Positions 42,832 to 59,639 are shown, numbered from the stretch's first letter. The stretch: 64,000 nucleotides of DNA from the human T2T-CHM13v2.0 reference genome, Homo sapiens (GCF_009914755.1 NC_060935.1); one strand, 5' to 3'. Notes: a model not told the origin generated them from the sequence alone. Program-made: numbers and translations.

Positions 42832-43754
42832 ATATAGAAAACAAAAAAGAGCCTGAATAGCCAAAGCAATTCTAAGAAAAAGAACAAAGTCAGAGGCATC
42901 ACACTAGCCAACTTCAAGCTACTATAAAGCTATAGTAACCAAAACAACATGGTACTGGCACAAAAACAGACTCATGGACCAATGGAACAGGTTACAAAAC
43001 TCAGAAATAAAGCCACACACTTACAACCATCTGATCTTCAGCAAGACTGACAAAACAAGTAACAGGGAAAGGACTCCCTTTTCAATAAACTATACTGGAA
43101 TAACTGGCAAACCATATAATATAGAATGAAACTGGACCCTTACCTTTAAACATATAAAAAATTAACTTAAGATTGATTAAATGTTTAAATGTAAGACCTC
43201 AAAGTATAAAAATCCTAGAATAAATCCTAGGAACTACCCTTCCTGACATCAGCCTTAACTAAAAGATTCTAGGTAAGTCCCCAAAGCAATTTTAACAAAA
43301 ACAAAATTGACAAGTGGGACCATCTAATTAAAAAGCTTCTGCAAAGCTGAAGAAATTATCAACAGAGTTAACAGGCATCTTCCAGAATGGGAGAAAATAT
43401 TTGCAAACTATGCATGTGACAAATATCTAACATCCAGAATTTGTAATGAAATTAAACAAGTCAACATGCAAAAAACTAATAACCTCATTAAAAATGAGCC
43501 AATGACATGAACAGACACTTCTCAAAGGAAGAGATTTGAACAGCCAAGAAACATATAGAAAACTGCTCAACATTACTAATCATCTGAGACAAGCAAATAA
43601 AAACCACAGTGAGATATCACACACAAGTCAAAGTGGCTATCATCAAAAAGTCAAAACCAACAGATGCTTGTGAAGATGCAGAGAAAAGGGAACACTTATA
43701 CAGGCCGGTAGGAATGTAAATTAGTTCAACCATTGTGAAAAACAGTGTAGAATT

Positions 43755-44073
43755 TTTAAATTAAATTTAATTAATTAGTTAATTCATTTATTGAGACAGA
43801 GTTTCGCTCTTTTGCCCAGGCTGGAGTGCAATGGCGCGATCTCCGCTCCCTGCAAACTCCGCATTCTGTTTTCAAGCGATACACCTGGCTCAGCCTCCGG
43901 AGTAGCTGGGATAACAGGCACCTTCCACCACGCCAGGCTAATTTTTGTATTTTTTGGTAGAGACAGGGTTTCACCATGTTGGCCAGGCTGGTCTCCAGCT
44001 CCTGACGTCGTGATCCACCCGCCTTGGCCTCCCCAAGTGCTGAGATTACAGGTGTGAGGCACCGCGCCCGGCC
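43755..44073 (-). mobile_element. AluS inserted in L1, with a (TTAA)-like degenerate tail
   Basis: TSD aacagtgtagaa at 43741-43752 and 44074-44085. Confidence 0.95.
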
Positions 44074-44889
44074 AACAGTGTAGAAATATCTAAAAGAACT
44101 TAAGACAGAACTACCATTCAACCCAGCAATTTTGTTAACTGGGTATATACTTAAAGGAAAATAAATCCTTATATCATAAAGACACATGCACTCATAATGT
44201 TCATTTCTGCACTATTTACAATAGTAAAAACATGTAATCAACCTAGGTGCCCTCGATTAGATAAAGAAAATGAGGTATGTATACATTATAAAATACTAGA
44301 TAGCCATAAAAAAGAATCTAATTATGTCCTTTGCAGCAAAATGTATGGGGCTGGAGACCATAATCCTAAGGAAATTAACACAGGCAGAGAAAACTAAATA
44401 CCACGTGTTATCACTTATAAATAGGAGTTCACCATTGAGCACACATGGATGTAAACATGGGAACAACAGACGCTCTGGACTGCTTTTGCGGGGAGGGAGC
44501 GAGGAGTGTGTGAGATGAAAAACTACATTTTTTGTGCAATGCTCACTACCCACCTGCAATATATCAGTAATAAATATATTGTTTATATATCAGTAATAAA
44601 TCTGCACATACACTCTCTGTATCTAAAATTAAAATCGAATTAACAAAATTAAAATTTTAAAGAGTCCAATTATCTTTTTTATATTAACTGCTGTTTTCCT
44701 GATTCAGACCATTATCTGTTGTCTGGACAACAAACTCTTTCCAAATTGTCTTCCCATCTTGATTGTCCTCCCCTTTTAACTATCTAAACATAATTCCTAG
44801 AGCAATCTGCTTAAAAGACATGTTGAAATCTTCAGTAGGTTCTTGCTCTGTCAAATACATTTCAAATGTCTTATTATGGCCTATATGCC

Positions 44890-45087
44890 AAGTGACCATT
44901 TTTTTCTTTTCTTTTTTTTAATTATACTTTAAGTTCTAGGATACATATGCACAACGTGCGACCATATTTTTTTAATCCAAATTAGGGTACCCTTGAGACT
45001 AAAAACAGGCACTGTTTATAATTATGCCAGTGAACTAGCCATGACCTTGTAGTCTTCATGACACAATGGATCATATAATCAATCTAC
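44890..45087. mobile_element. hAT-Blackjack MITE (MER94-like) interrupted by an L1 3' stub
   Basis: gtgaccat...aatccaaa...ttgagactaaaaacaggcactgtttataattatgcc...catataatcaatcta. Confidence 0.5.
44900..44959 (-). mobile_element. ~60-bp L1PA 3'-end insertion
   Basis: poly-T + attatactttaagttctagg...atgcacaacgtgc flanked by gaccat direct repeats. Confidence 0.85.
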
Positions 45088-46708
45088 TTATAAGAGTTGG
45101 CCTGAGCTGGTCTATGCTTATATCTTTAAACCTTTACCACATCCTCATCTTCTTGCCCCTCTTCAACTACACGGGACTCTTTTTCATACTTTAAAGAGAA
45201 AATTTTTGTTTGATATTGCTTGCTTTTCCTGGAATATTTGTTTTTTTACTCACATTGTTTACATGTCCCGTCCTGATAGCTGTATTTCCTGAGCATCCCA
45301 TCTAATACCATCTTCACACCCAAAATAATGATCTAAGATTTCTGTATGCATCTTTTATAGAAGGATTTGTGATTTAATTGGTTTAATTTTTCTCTTTTCT
45401 AATAAAATATAATTGATTGAAAATGAAAACTATATTTTGCTTCTCTATAACTTAAGCAGAATATCTGGCACATAGTAAACTCTGGGAAAAAATCAGATAA
45501 TGAATGAGTTGTACAAGTGTTGCCTGATCCATGTGAAAGATTGTGGCAAACTATGCAAGTGCGGTCATGAGACATTGCTCTTCGGTGATGGAATCTGAAT
45601 AATGAGTTAGGTCTTAACCCAATAGCCTGCGATTCTAACCCTTGAGTAAATGAGCCACAAGAAATAGAATGTTGTGGTTCACCTAGCCAAAGCATAGTAT
45701 CCTCTATGGACAACTCCTGGTTTTTAAATAATTACCAAGCTTAAACTGAAGATGTCTTAATAGAAATGCACTTTATGCAATAAAAAACAAGAATGGTAAC
45801 TTTCATTTGTAAATAAAAAGATTGTAATAGTAATAAAATATTTTATATCTTTTGCCAAATTATAATTGTAATATCACAAATCCACACAGCTATTAATTCA
45901 CATTTGTGTTATTACAATTAGCTATTCATTTTATTTTTCTCTAAATCCATCTGTTCTATCACATATAAATTAATCTTAAATAAGGAATACCTTTTGAAAA
46001 CTATGATTAATTGAATCATCTAGTGTGTTCTAGTTGTTAATCAACAATTATAGCACTTACAATATCATTTCCAAATTTATCAATGCATATCTTTTTGTAC
46101 CAAACTGGAATGAGTTGTTAGTGAAAGAGAATGAGTCTTATTTTTGTTCCTTGCAACCAAGCACAGGCTCTGGTTAGTAGTGAGTTCTTCCATTGGTTAA
46201 AAGAGTAAATTTATTTTTTTTCCTCCCTTCTCTTCATCAAAATATTTCAGATCTCCCCATTGCCAACAAAAAAAATGCATAACACTTCATAAACACTTTA
46301 GCTTGACATTCAAAGCCCTCTGCAATCTGGCCCCACTCTAAGTACTCACCAAATACACAGAGCTCTAATATTGCAAGGGAAAAGTTATATTGTTCCCATT
46401 TTTAGGGTGATAACCAGCAACCAAAGGAATATTAGCCTCCTGCTTAATTTTGCCTTGTTGTATCTACTCTTTGGAATTTCTGAATTTGAAAATGTGTGTT
46501 TGTGTGCGAGCATGAAGTTTAATTCTTTAAATATGACTAATTAGAAAAAGTAGTGTTTGGAGAAATAGGAGTAATTCATGTTGCTGTAATCTAAGACAGA
46601 ATGTAGGACTTGGGGTTGAATTGGTAAGATTCTATGGATTCAAGATCAAAGTCAGTGCCTCTATGACTTTGAGTTTAGCCGTTATTCATAGAAAAGCTTT
46701 TGATGCAT

Positions 46709-46845
46709 GTTTTCTTTTCTTTCTTCCCCTCCCTCCCTCCCTCCCTTCCTTCTTTCCTTCCCACCCTTCCTTCCTTTCCCTTTCTTTCTTTCCTTCCTTC
46801 CTGTCCTTTCTTTTCTTTCTTTCTCTCTCTCTTCTTTCTCTTTCA
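46709..46845. repeat. Polypyrimidine (CCTT/CTTT/CCCT) low-complexity tract
   Basis: read directly. Confidence 0.95.
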
Positions 46846-48609
46846 TCAAGTAATAGTGCAGGAAATAAAGGGTTAGAAAATTTGTTGTAAGTGAAGGTTG
46901 GTTCCTTTATTTCAAAGGTGTTATCATAGCAAATGTAGACAAACTGATACTTTTTATGAGGATGAGATAACAGGAAAATAGAAGAGAAAATTTTATAAGT
47001 AATTTTGTTGGTTGTGGGACTATTTTAATGTGTTTTGCTTGAGGTGTGTTACTTTCAAAATAAAAAATAACAACCTAACCTCCAGCATCTTTTATCATAT
47101 AAAAATTTATGATTAATTTAAAGAACAGAAAAAATATTTTTTTCAAACATCATTAATTTGTCCAATGTTTCCATGAAATTCTCTTAAAAGTTTAGCCAAA
47201 ACATCATTTCCTTGTCCTACCAAAAGTGCTTCTAATCTTTCTGTTTACTAGGTGGATGTGGGTAAAATAGATGTTTACACAAAGAGTTTACAGCATACCA
47301 TTATTAGTATGCTGTCATGTTTGTATACCTATTATGCTATAAATATTGTATGTGATTGTTTTCCTCTCAATTAATTTGAATACATATTAGAAAGATTAAT
47401 ATTATTCATCTTGTGTAGACATCATTTATTATTAAATAAAAAATTCTTATGATATTGGGAGATTGGACTCTGGGCAAAAAAGAATGTGTTAACTACATAA
47501 ATGTTCTGTTATCAGAGAATCTGATGGAATTAAAACCTTTTTATTTAAATGCTTCCCTCCCCTTTTCCAAACATTTATTCACTTAAAGCAGGAGAATAGC
47601 TTGTGGCTTTTCGCCACCATGAGATCTTCTTCCAACTAAATTTACTACTATTCTTCAGATATATATGTGCATCTCTATGTTATAAATAATGAGAAAATGA
47701 CTTTATTAGGTTAACTTCCTTAAAGGTTACTAATTGCAGGTCTTATGTAAATGCCTTTCATCTGTTTATCTTATTTAACTATCATAATTCAAAATGGAAT
47801 AGATACTATTTTTATTCCCATTTTGTGACTAAAGAATCTGAAGAATAGATGATTTATATTGCCTACCCTTTATCACATTATTAAAAAATAAATGAAGGAA
47901 CACAAAAACACATAAGAATGTTCTTCATCTCTAGTTTACTTTGCTCTGTAAATATCTTTCGGTCATCCCCTCATTTCCTATCTTTACTACGAAGCATTTA
48001 TCTTTTACCATACCAAGCCATGCTTCTCTATCTATAATTTTAAAATGTGTGCCTAAGAAAAGCATAGCATTACTTATTTCTAAATTGTTTCATGAATGAA
48101 GGTCTTTTTGCTAAACATAAACACTCAGTATGTTCTCACTAAACGTATAATGAAGCTGAACCAGTTTGTTGTTTGATTCAAATCAAGAAAAATTTCAGCT
48201 CCTTAAATCCAACATTTAAAATCAATTGATCATTCAAAATCAGAATCAAGATGCATGATTTGACCCAGTTTAAATTTTGTGTGAAAAACTTAATACATAA
48301 ACCGAGTCTATTCAGTATACCAAAACTGAAAATCAAAATGAGAGTTATTACAACTATTACTGTATTAAATAGAATCCCTCATCCCTGACTTTGCTAATAA
48401 ACCAATGTTCATATCCTCAGAAACACATACCAATTAATAAACACTACTCACTAAATACTTATAACTAGCTGGCTACCTTTAAAATGGCCACTGTAGTTTG
48501 TTCACTGAGAATGAGAGACACTCTGCTGATTTTCAAACTACTATTATTTCAATATTTCTGCTAATGACAACACTGTATACTTGTTGTGGAGACTCAAAAC
48601 TTAAATTTT

Positions 48610-49960
48610 AAAATATAGATTTTACTTAATTAAAACATGAACAAAACATTGCACAAATCATAATTATGCAACTCAATAAACTTCCCCAAATGAACATTCG
48701 TGTAACCAGTAAGCATATCAAGAAAATAAATATTATCAGCATTCAGGAAACTTTCAAGAATTAATATTGGCCGGACGCAGTGGCTCACGCCTGTAATCCC
48801 AGCACTTTCGGAGGCCGAGGCAGGTGGATTACCTGAGGTTGGCAGTTCAAGACCAGCCTGACCAACATGGTGAAACCCCGTCTCTACTAAAATTACAAAA
48901 AATAGCTGGGTGTGGTGTCATGTGCCTGTAATCCCAGCTACTCAGGAAGCTGAGGCAGGAGAATTGCTTGAACATGGGAGGCAGAGTTGCAGTGAGCCGA
49001 GATCGCGCCACTGCCTTCCAGCCTGGGTGACAGAGACTCCGTCTCACAAAAAAAACAAAACAAAACAAAACAAAAAACAACAACTAACTACTCTTCTGAA
49101 TCGTAATATCATAGAATGATATTAGCTTTTCTTGATATTTCTTTAATTGAAATGATATAACATTGATATTGTGTGAAGCTTTCTTCACCCAACATTATGT
49201 TCGCTATACCTAGTCATGTTATTGCAGGTAGTGGTAGTTCATTCATTCATTCTCATTGCTGTACAGTATTATATAAGTATATGACAATGTAATTATTCAT
49301 AAACTGCTGAAAAGCATTTCGTTTCCAGTTTGAGGCCATTACATGTAGTCCTGTTATTCAAAGGTATGTGTTTTGATGAACATACATATTCATTTTTGTT
49401 GGATATGTACCCTTTAGGTATACAGAGTTCCAGGGCTCTGCCTAATGTGTACACTCAGTTTTAGTAGATCCCGTCATATACTTTCTCCTAGAGGTTGTAC
49501 CACTTCTACAAGAAATCTATGAGAGGGCAAATTGCTTCACATCTTTAACAATGCTTGGCATCTTCTTTTGTTCTGTAGATGGTAGAGTGGCATCACATGA
49601 TGATTTGATTTGCATTTTCCTGATGGCTAGTGAGTTAAAGCATATTCAAAAGTGTCTGTATAATCAGTTTTTTCTAGTGAATAACTTTTATTATTTTATA
49701 AAATTTTTGATAAATTATAAATAGGGGATATTGCAACTTGTGTGACTTAATATGTTACTTGCTGACTCAGTTTATCCTTGGATATATGAGATGCAAAAAT
49801 ACCCCAAACCAAAAAGAAACCAACAAACAAGAACTTGACAGGGTCATTCCTCAAATTCCAGAGTCCCTAGACAGACTACCTTCTTCTCTGCATCTTTCAG
49901 AGTCATTTAATCATTTCTTCATGTATTACATCCAGAGACTTTTTGTGGGAAAAATTAAGT
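48610..49960 (-). mobile_element. Ancient L1ME-like 3' region interrupted by Alu
   Basis: cttcacccaacattatgtt, gtttccagtttgaggccatt, gatttgcattttcctgatggctagtga. Confidence 0.65.
48769..49083 (+). mobile_element. AluS (Sp/Sq-like) with an (AAAAC)n tail
   Basis: ggccggacgcagtggctcacgcc...acctgaggt...ccagcctgaccaacatgg. Confidence 0.95.
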
Positions 49961-50966
49961 GAAATGGTCTTCTTTTATTACTTTAAATGTAGAGTTCATG
50001 CAAAATTTGTTAGATTAATTGTTAGGGTTTTTTTCCAGTTCTTAGTCCCCCATTTCTGTGAGATGCCTCAGCATCTCACACAGATTAAAAATTGTTTCTT
50101 AACATTTTTCTAATGCTCTATCTTTTTGACAGGATGGGTTCCTGTAGAGCATGTAAAAAGCTATACAAGTCAAAATAATTTACATTTAATACTTATAAAA
50201 TATCTACTCTAAAATACAAGAGAAAAAAATGAACAACAACAAAATAAAAATTGAAATATCATAGTAAAATGTGCTAAAATGAACACTGTCAAAATGAACT
50301 CCGCATGTAAATGACAATAACACATTTCAAGAGGTCATTATATATAATTATTTTTATCAAGTCATTCAATTCTACCAAAGCAAAGCGTGTATAAAACATA
50401 CCAATATTCATAATTCTTAGAAGTACAAAGTGCCTAAATTATCTTCTTATATTTTCTGGAAACAAATTTAAAATACATTAGTAAATTTCCATTTAGATGG
50501 AATTCAAGAGCATCAAGTTAATCCTAAAGTTTATCTTCATCACAATGTAAAAATTATTTTTATGTTGGTATGAAAATTGAAAGCTTCAAAATAATCTCAG
50601 AAATAAGCACACAAGATTGAAATGAATATGTTAACTTTGCACAAAATGGATCTAGATACAAACCTTTTATATCTACTCAAATAATTCCAAATAACAAATA
50701 CTCTATCATGCTAAATTGTACATCATGCATTATTTAATATTTCTTTAGATGTAAATACTAAAGAAGGTGACTCAAAAATCATTTTAAAAGTGACCCTTGT
50801 TTTGTGAAAACATCATTGTTTTTAAGGCATTAGGAGAGCAATTAAACTTTCATGTGTATTAGAAATATTTTCAAATCAGGTGAAATAAACATTTAGCATT
50901 TGAATACAAATATTTTATGTGTTTACCTGCTGTTCTCTTTTTCACTTATAGAAGATATGGATTTTA

Positions 50967-52727
<1,761 letters not shown>

Positions 52728-53373
52728 AAAACACATAGATATTGGTAACATGAATATTTTATTTATAAAATGCCCATATACAAATAGGAAGAAGGAATAG
52801 GCACTAGGATGCTTTTTGTCCTCTTGGATGCAAAATAGATTCAAGGCCTTCTTTATCACTCTGTATCTTCAATAACTGTAGAGGTATCTTTTTGTTATTT
52901 ATTATTCTAAAGTGGTAGAAAACTCTTATTCTGCACTGAACCATCAGTGTTTAAAAATCACTGTCTAAAGACAGATGGTAAACAAATGATTACTGAAATA
53001 CTTTCATTTATTCACACACATATAAATCTCTGCATTTCTCTATGAGAAGTAACACGCTATTTGTCTTATACCTTTGTCTTCTGAAATATGTATGGTGAGA
53101 ACAGTAATTTTACTCTTGTTAATAGTGCAATTTTCTCCCATTTACATAGCTCAATCTGATACTAATCAAGGAAGAAAACAATTTAAGGGACAGGTAGAAT
53201 TTTGTCTGAACTCTACATGTAACAAACGTTTACAGAAAAGTGATGTTAGCTCCTAATGCAAAATCAATATACTTGATGTTTGAGGAATAAATACCATAAG
53301 ATATTTGCTATTCTCAAAATTCTGAGATAAAATCAGCATCTATTTTGTAAATTAATCATATGTTTTCTCCTTA

Positions 53374-53752
53374 TGTTAGTTGGCTAGAGCTGCCATTACA
53401 GCATACAACAGACTGAGTGACCTAAACTGAATAATTTTTTTTTCACACTCCTGGAGGCTGGAATTCTGAAATAAGGGTGGTGCTAGATAGTTTGTAGTGA
53501 GGCGTCTCTTTCTGGCTTGCAGATGGTCACCCTCTCATTGTGTCCTCATGTGGCCTTTCCTCTGTGGATGTGCATGCCCAGAATCTTTCTCTTCTTATAA
53601 GAACACGAATTCTATTGGATTAGGGCCCTACCCTTAAAACCTTATTTAACCTTAATTAATGTTTAAGGCTCTAAATCAAAATATAGTATTATTGAGGTAA
53701 GGAGTTCAACATATGAAGCTGAGAGGAGGGGGAGACATTTCCATCCCTACTG
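53374..53752 (-). mobile_element. MLT1A MaLR solo LTR
   Basis: gctagagctgccattacag...ctggaggctgg...ttcttataagaacac...ggattagggccc. Confidence 0.85.
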
Positions 53753-53774
53753 TTCCCTAAGAAGCATTACTTTT

Positions 53775-53990
53775 CATTCATTAAAAATTATTCGAAAACA
53801 TTCCTATTTTCTCATTATGTGCCAGATACTATGTTCAGTGATTAGGATACTAATGATGAAGGAAAAAGAGGTAGTCATGCCTTCAAAATGGTTAATCAAA
53901 AACACACCCTGAAAAACTATAATTTAAAACTTTGTTAAGTAATTTTAAAAAGACATATAATGCTACGACAGTATATAAAAGATAAACTGG
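53775..53990 (-). mobile_element. L2 3'-end fragment
   Basis: tcattcatt...tatgtgccagatactatgttcagtgattaggatac. Confidence 0.5.
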
Positions 53991-54559
53991 TCTATTGATT
54001 GATATTAAGACCGCCCAGACAAATTGAGCATTATGTTGTTAAATTCTATCTCTTCAACTTCTGCCTATATGTTTCCTTCTTTTTTGAAGATATTTGCCAA
54101 AAGAGATCACGATTTTCAATATGCCACAGTAGTTAAGAGAAGTGCAATGGTCAAAGACAAAATGAAGACATACTTGCAGTAAAGAACCATTCCACTAACT
54201 TAGTGGCTTTTGCACAGCAGCTTCATGGTGTGTTTGGCTCAAATTTGAATATCAGCAAAATAGCACATAGCTTAATTCTTGTTACCAAGAGCTATTTCAC
54301 ACTAGCTGAGTCACTAGGGTCTAATCATAAACTAAAAATAGTACATAGTAAACCAGTGTCAAAAATGAGGTGAGATGTTTTTCATATTTGCCTTTTTAAA
54401 TTTTGATATCCATAGCATCTGCCCTTCTGAGAAACCATATAATTGTCCATATAAATTTACCTTATGTAATTGTTTTTATTTTCAATATATATATTTTGTT
54501 ACCTTTCAAAAAGAGATATAATAGTTTAGAGAGTGCTTTTTATCTAACAAATATATTTA

Positions 54560-57095
54560 AAAATAGATATATGTAATATATATTTAATAAAATTATAGCT
54601 TTTAAGTGTTTAGTTCATTTACTTTTGATAATTGCATTCACTTCTGTAGCTGTCACCCATTATAAAATAAAATCTACTTTCAACTCATCAGGAGAGTTTC
54701 TCATGTCCCTTTGCAGTTGGTTACCCTTCCGACCATCCTCATTTGTCTTGTTTTAGATTAATTTGGCTGTAGATAGGAGACATATAAATGTACTGTAAGT
54801 ATGTATTACTATTTTATGATTGACATCTTTTCCTTAATATACTGTTTTGAGATTATTTGTTCTTTTTTAATAATTACTGAAAAGTATGCTATTAAATGCA
54901 TACACCACTATTTCTCTACCCGTTTTCCCCTTGAAAGACATTTAGATTGATTCCAAGCTTGTGCTTTTATAAATAGGACTACTACAAATATTTTTTTGTG
55001 TTTCTTTGAGGGTATATGATATTTTTAAATCTTGGGTTAAAAACTAGTAGAACTACTGTTAAGATCAAATGTCTGTTTAACATTATAAAAAACTGCCAGT
55101 CTCCAAAGCAGTTTTTACACTACCAACAGCAATTGATAAAAGTTCTAGTTGCTTTGATATCTTTGCCAATATATGATACCAAATTCTAATTTTTAAAATT
55201 TTAGCTATTCTAGTAGTTATAAAGTACTTACTTATTAATGGTTTCATTAGCATTTCCCTAGTGACCAACGATGTTAAGCAACTTTAAAGTTCATATAAGT
55301 CATATATATGCCTACTTTTATAAAGTATCTATTTAAACCTTGCCCATTTTAAATTTTTATCCTTTCATTTTATACATGAGTCATTTATGTTTTCTATATA
55401 CAGTTATATTTAAATACTGCAAATATTCTCTTTCAGTATCTAGTGTGTCTTTTACACACATAAATTTTAATTTTCAAGAAATCCTATTAATCACTAATTT
55501 CATTTTAGGTCTTGTGCTTTTTGTGTCTGATAAAAATGCCTGTGTAACTAATGTGTATAAAAAAATATATATTCCAGAAACTTGATATATGTTTAGGTCC
55601 ATTATTCTTCTCTAATGTATTTATGTGTATATTGTAAGGTACAACTAAAAGTTTACTTCTTCCTCCTACAACATTTTCAGGTCATTCTAGCAATAAGTAT
55701 ATTTTTTAAAAGTTTTCCCATAGCCCTTGAAGTTGTTGCAGAACTCTCTCCTTAGTTCAGCTGAAACTGGGGTCTTGTCACACAACCAGGAAAGATTAGG
55801 CTTATGGACACATAGAAGGGTGAGGAAAATTGAATTTACTGGGCAAAAAGGAAAAAGAAAAAATACCTCTCAACTAAGCAAGAAAGAATCCTGCTAGCAG
55901 GTTTCCCACCTCAAAGATAGGTCACCACCCAGGAACCAAAGAGGCCAGAATCCTCCCTACTGCAAGTGGCGCAAACTCCCCAAGTCTCCACCTCGTCCTC
56001 CCAGTCTGCAGGTGGGAAATATTCAGAGAGAATTAGTTGGGAAAGGGTGGGTTTCATCCTGGACCATCAGTTCAGTTTTTCAACCTTCAGGCTCTTTCAG
56101 GCTTGAAAGCTGGAATTCACCGGGGAACTTGGCTGTCTCCTGTCTCTATCAAAGCGACTTGGCAAATTGCTGAAAATGAAGCAGGTGAGTCTATTTGTGG
56201 ACTCTCTACATTGTATCATTGATATATTTTTCTGTCTTTACTCCAGTACCACCTGTTTGCTGGTAACTGTAGCACTAGAGTGTGTCATGATACCAGGTAG
56301 TATAAACTCTCCAACTTTATACTTCTCTTGCAGGATTACTTTGGTTGTATTAGATCCTTTGCATATTCAAATAAACTTTGGAATTTTCTTTTATATTTCT
56401 TCAAATTATCCTCTTGGAATACCGACACTCTGTTGAATCTATACTTCATATTAATTGTTAAGTTTCTGTATTGTCATTTTTTTTTTTTTTTTTTTTTTTT
56501 GCAAGCTGTCCTTTATCAGTTTGAAGAAATTCTCTCCTGTTCATAAATTTAATTATGAAATGGTAATAAATTTTGTCAAATTCTTATTAAAATGGTTTGG
56601 ATTTCTATTTTTTTGTATTAATGTCAGGTTTGTTATAATTAATTGTTTTTGAATGTTAATTAAGTCATTCATTCCTGATTTTAAAAAGCCTACTTGGTTA
56701 TGATATTCTGTTTATCCTATAGTAGTTGTAGTCAGTTTGCATCCATTCTTATGATTGGCTTAATTTTTTAAATATGGTATGTGTCAGATTTCAGTATCAG
56801 GGTTATACAGCTGCATAAATACAATGGGGGGTTATTCTCTCTTGTCAATTTTCTGAAAGAATATGGATAGAACATTATTATTTATTCTTTAAATATTTGG
56901 TAGAATTAACTGAGGCAGTTATTTGGGCCTAGAATTTTATTTATGGAAAGACATTTTATTATGAACTTAATTAAATAAACATGGTTTTATTTATATTTTA
57001 TATTAATTACTGTGTTAATTTAGGTAAATTAACTTTTTAAAGAAACTTATTTGTCTTATAAAAGTTGTCTAAATTTTTGAAAAGATTGCTTATAA
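54560..57095 (-). mobile_element. Ancient L1M (MB/MC-like) 3'UTR and ORF2 fragments
   Basis: ctgccagtctccaaagcag, gcatttccctagtgacc, ccagtaccac, tttggtagaatt. Confidence 0.7.
55734..56151 (-). mobile_element. ERV1 solo LTR (MER61-like) inserted in L1M
   Basis: tgttgcagaactctctccttagttcagc...ctcctgtctctatca; TG/CA ends; 4-bp TSD aagt/aagc. Confidence 0.75.
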
Positions 57096-57940
57096 TGATT
57101 TAACATAGCATAACATGACATAAGCCATGTAAGTTATATTTCTTTCCTAGCAAACATTACCTATTTGCTGAACCTGTAAGACATACTATAAGTGCTCAAT
57201 AAACATTTAACCATCATTGCCAGTTACTGTATATAATATTATATATAATACATACACATAGACACCCACATACAATGTTTCATTATGTTATTATACATTA
57301 CTATGAAGTTACTTATTTATATCAATAATCTTAAGAAATTATACAGCAGGATTTTCACTGCGAAATACATAGTAAACATAAATACATCTTTCTGATATAG
57401 ATTATATTATAAACCTGTGATCGAGTGAATTACCTAGTTCTTTTACTCAGGATGAGAATTTTATTTCAATGACAGTCAATCATTTGTTTTTCAGAAAATA
57501 AATACATAGCAATGAACTTATATAACTGTTTGGCATTGTGAAATGTATCAAACATGTGATTTTGAGGCCAAAATTATTCTTAATTTATCTATGTGGTAAT
57601 ATCTACATAAATATCAACTTTTATTTTACAAAGTGTCGAAGTTTTCTGCCATAAACATTGTTTTTATGGTAGAATTTAAGGATTACATATGTGTCCACAC
57701 CACTTTTATAAGAATTTGACATGCTGGCTAAGAAGAAAATCTATAGACATGTATCTACTTGAGTTTTATTTGTCATTAAAGATAAAAGCTAAATACTGTT
57801 TTATTATTATTATTATTGACGGTTTAAATCAAGAGAAATCTATATCACATTTAAAACGTTTTGTGTATTAGTCATGAGGGAAAAGTAGACTGACAACCCA
57901 AAGTGTTGACAAGAATGCCGGTTTCCTTAATCTGCTTTGA

Positions 57941-58291
<351 letters not shown>

Positions 58292-59639
58292 AATCATATC
58301 TTTTAAAACTCTCTATATTATGTCTATTTTGTTAATCTTACTGATGATTTTCAAAGAGATTTTATAGTTTTAGGAAAGAATGGCATGATAAAAATGTTTG
58401 GCATTGTTTCTTGTGTTAATTATGTTTATATTTAATTGAATTTATTTCTGATTTGAACAAACCCAAATAATCTAAAACAATATATCATTACATTTCAATG
58501 AAATAGAATAGCACATATTTTAGATGTACCTTAAAATGTAATAAACATTTTCAGAAAGTAGGCTACATGGCATAATAGAATGTTCAATGGGAAATAATTC
58601 AGGGTTTATTGCTATAATTCCTTTAACTTGCAGGTTTCATTAGCAGAGAGGAGCCTCAGTTAACTCATTTATTAGACAAAGTAAGTAGGTGAAATCATGT
58701 CACAGATCATCTCCATTTTTTTACATTATATATTTTCATTTTATATTAAAGTTAAAAATAAAAATTATGTGATGTTTTGACATGTGTATACACTGTGAAA
58801 TGGTTAAATCAAGCTAATTTACGCATCTGTCACCTCATATACTTATAATTTTTTGTTGGTTGAAAACTTAAGATTTTTTTAGCAAATTTTAAATACACAA
58901 CAATTATTAATGATAATCACCGTGCCATATTTTTACATGATCCACAAAAATGGGAACACTAGGATTTTTCCGTATTACCAATTTATAAAAATTTGACAAC
59001 CCTTTACAAGAGTGCAATGTTGCAATTTATTTGCTATTCTCCTTATTTTGCAATGTTTATGATCAGAAACATTTAGCAGTATTTATGGTCAGGTTTTCTC
59101 CATTCTACTGAAGAAGATAACCTTTGAAAAGTCAATTATTTTCCCAAGAAATATATGTGCAGTGAAAAAACTTTTAATTATAGCAAGCACTTATAAAGTG
59201 ACAGAGATAACTATTTCTGTGTTCCCAGGAGAAGCTGAGGCATATGCTGTTAATTTGTTCGCCTTCATATAGTTAAGCTTTTCTTTAATTAAGCAGACAG
59301 CACAAATTTCAATAGAATCTATATAAACGCTTATGTTTTCAGATATTTGTCTTGTGTGCATTAAACATATACAGCGAATCTAAGGGGAAATTTAGTTAGA
59401 GAATTTTATACTGTATAATTAATTTAATTCAATAAAAGTCACATAAATCTTTAATTTTAGTGCCAGTAAACCATTGTGTAAATAAGATGAATCACTTATT
59501 TGTGTAAGATAATACTTTCCTTTATTGAAATCTCATCTGATTTCTCACAAAAATTGAAGAAAGTGGCTTATTCATTTTAGTTACAAAGCTAGCTCAGCAC
59601 TTTAATGAAAATCATAATATATTTTAACACATTTTCCCA

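Larger units (their letters stand above)
37088..44655 (+). mobile_element. Near-full-length old primate L1 (L1PA15-16/L1PB-like); ORF1 and ORF2 disrupted
   Basis: 5' gccaaggtggttgattagaagaagctagtg; GC-richer 5'UTR to about 38.7 kb; ORF2 peptides ([27 protein letters not shown]...[14 protein letters not shown]); 3'UTR with A-rich end. Confidence 0.93.
44665..45510 (+). mobile_element. L2 3' portion (continuation of L2 at about 37020-37085)
   Basis: cagaccattatctgttgtctggac...ctggcacatagtaaactc...tgaatga. Confidence 0.6.

Noticed and set aside
47290-47315. Hairpin acagcatac-N8-gtatgctgt
   Set aside because: 9-bp stem, too short for a pre-miRNA and expected by chance in 64 kb
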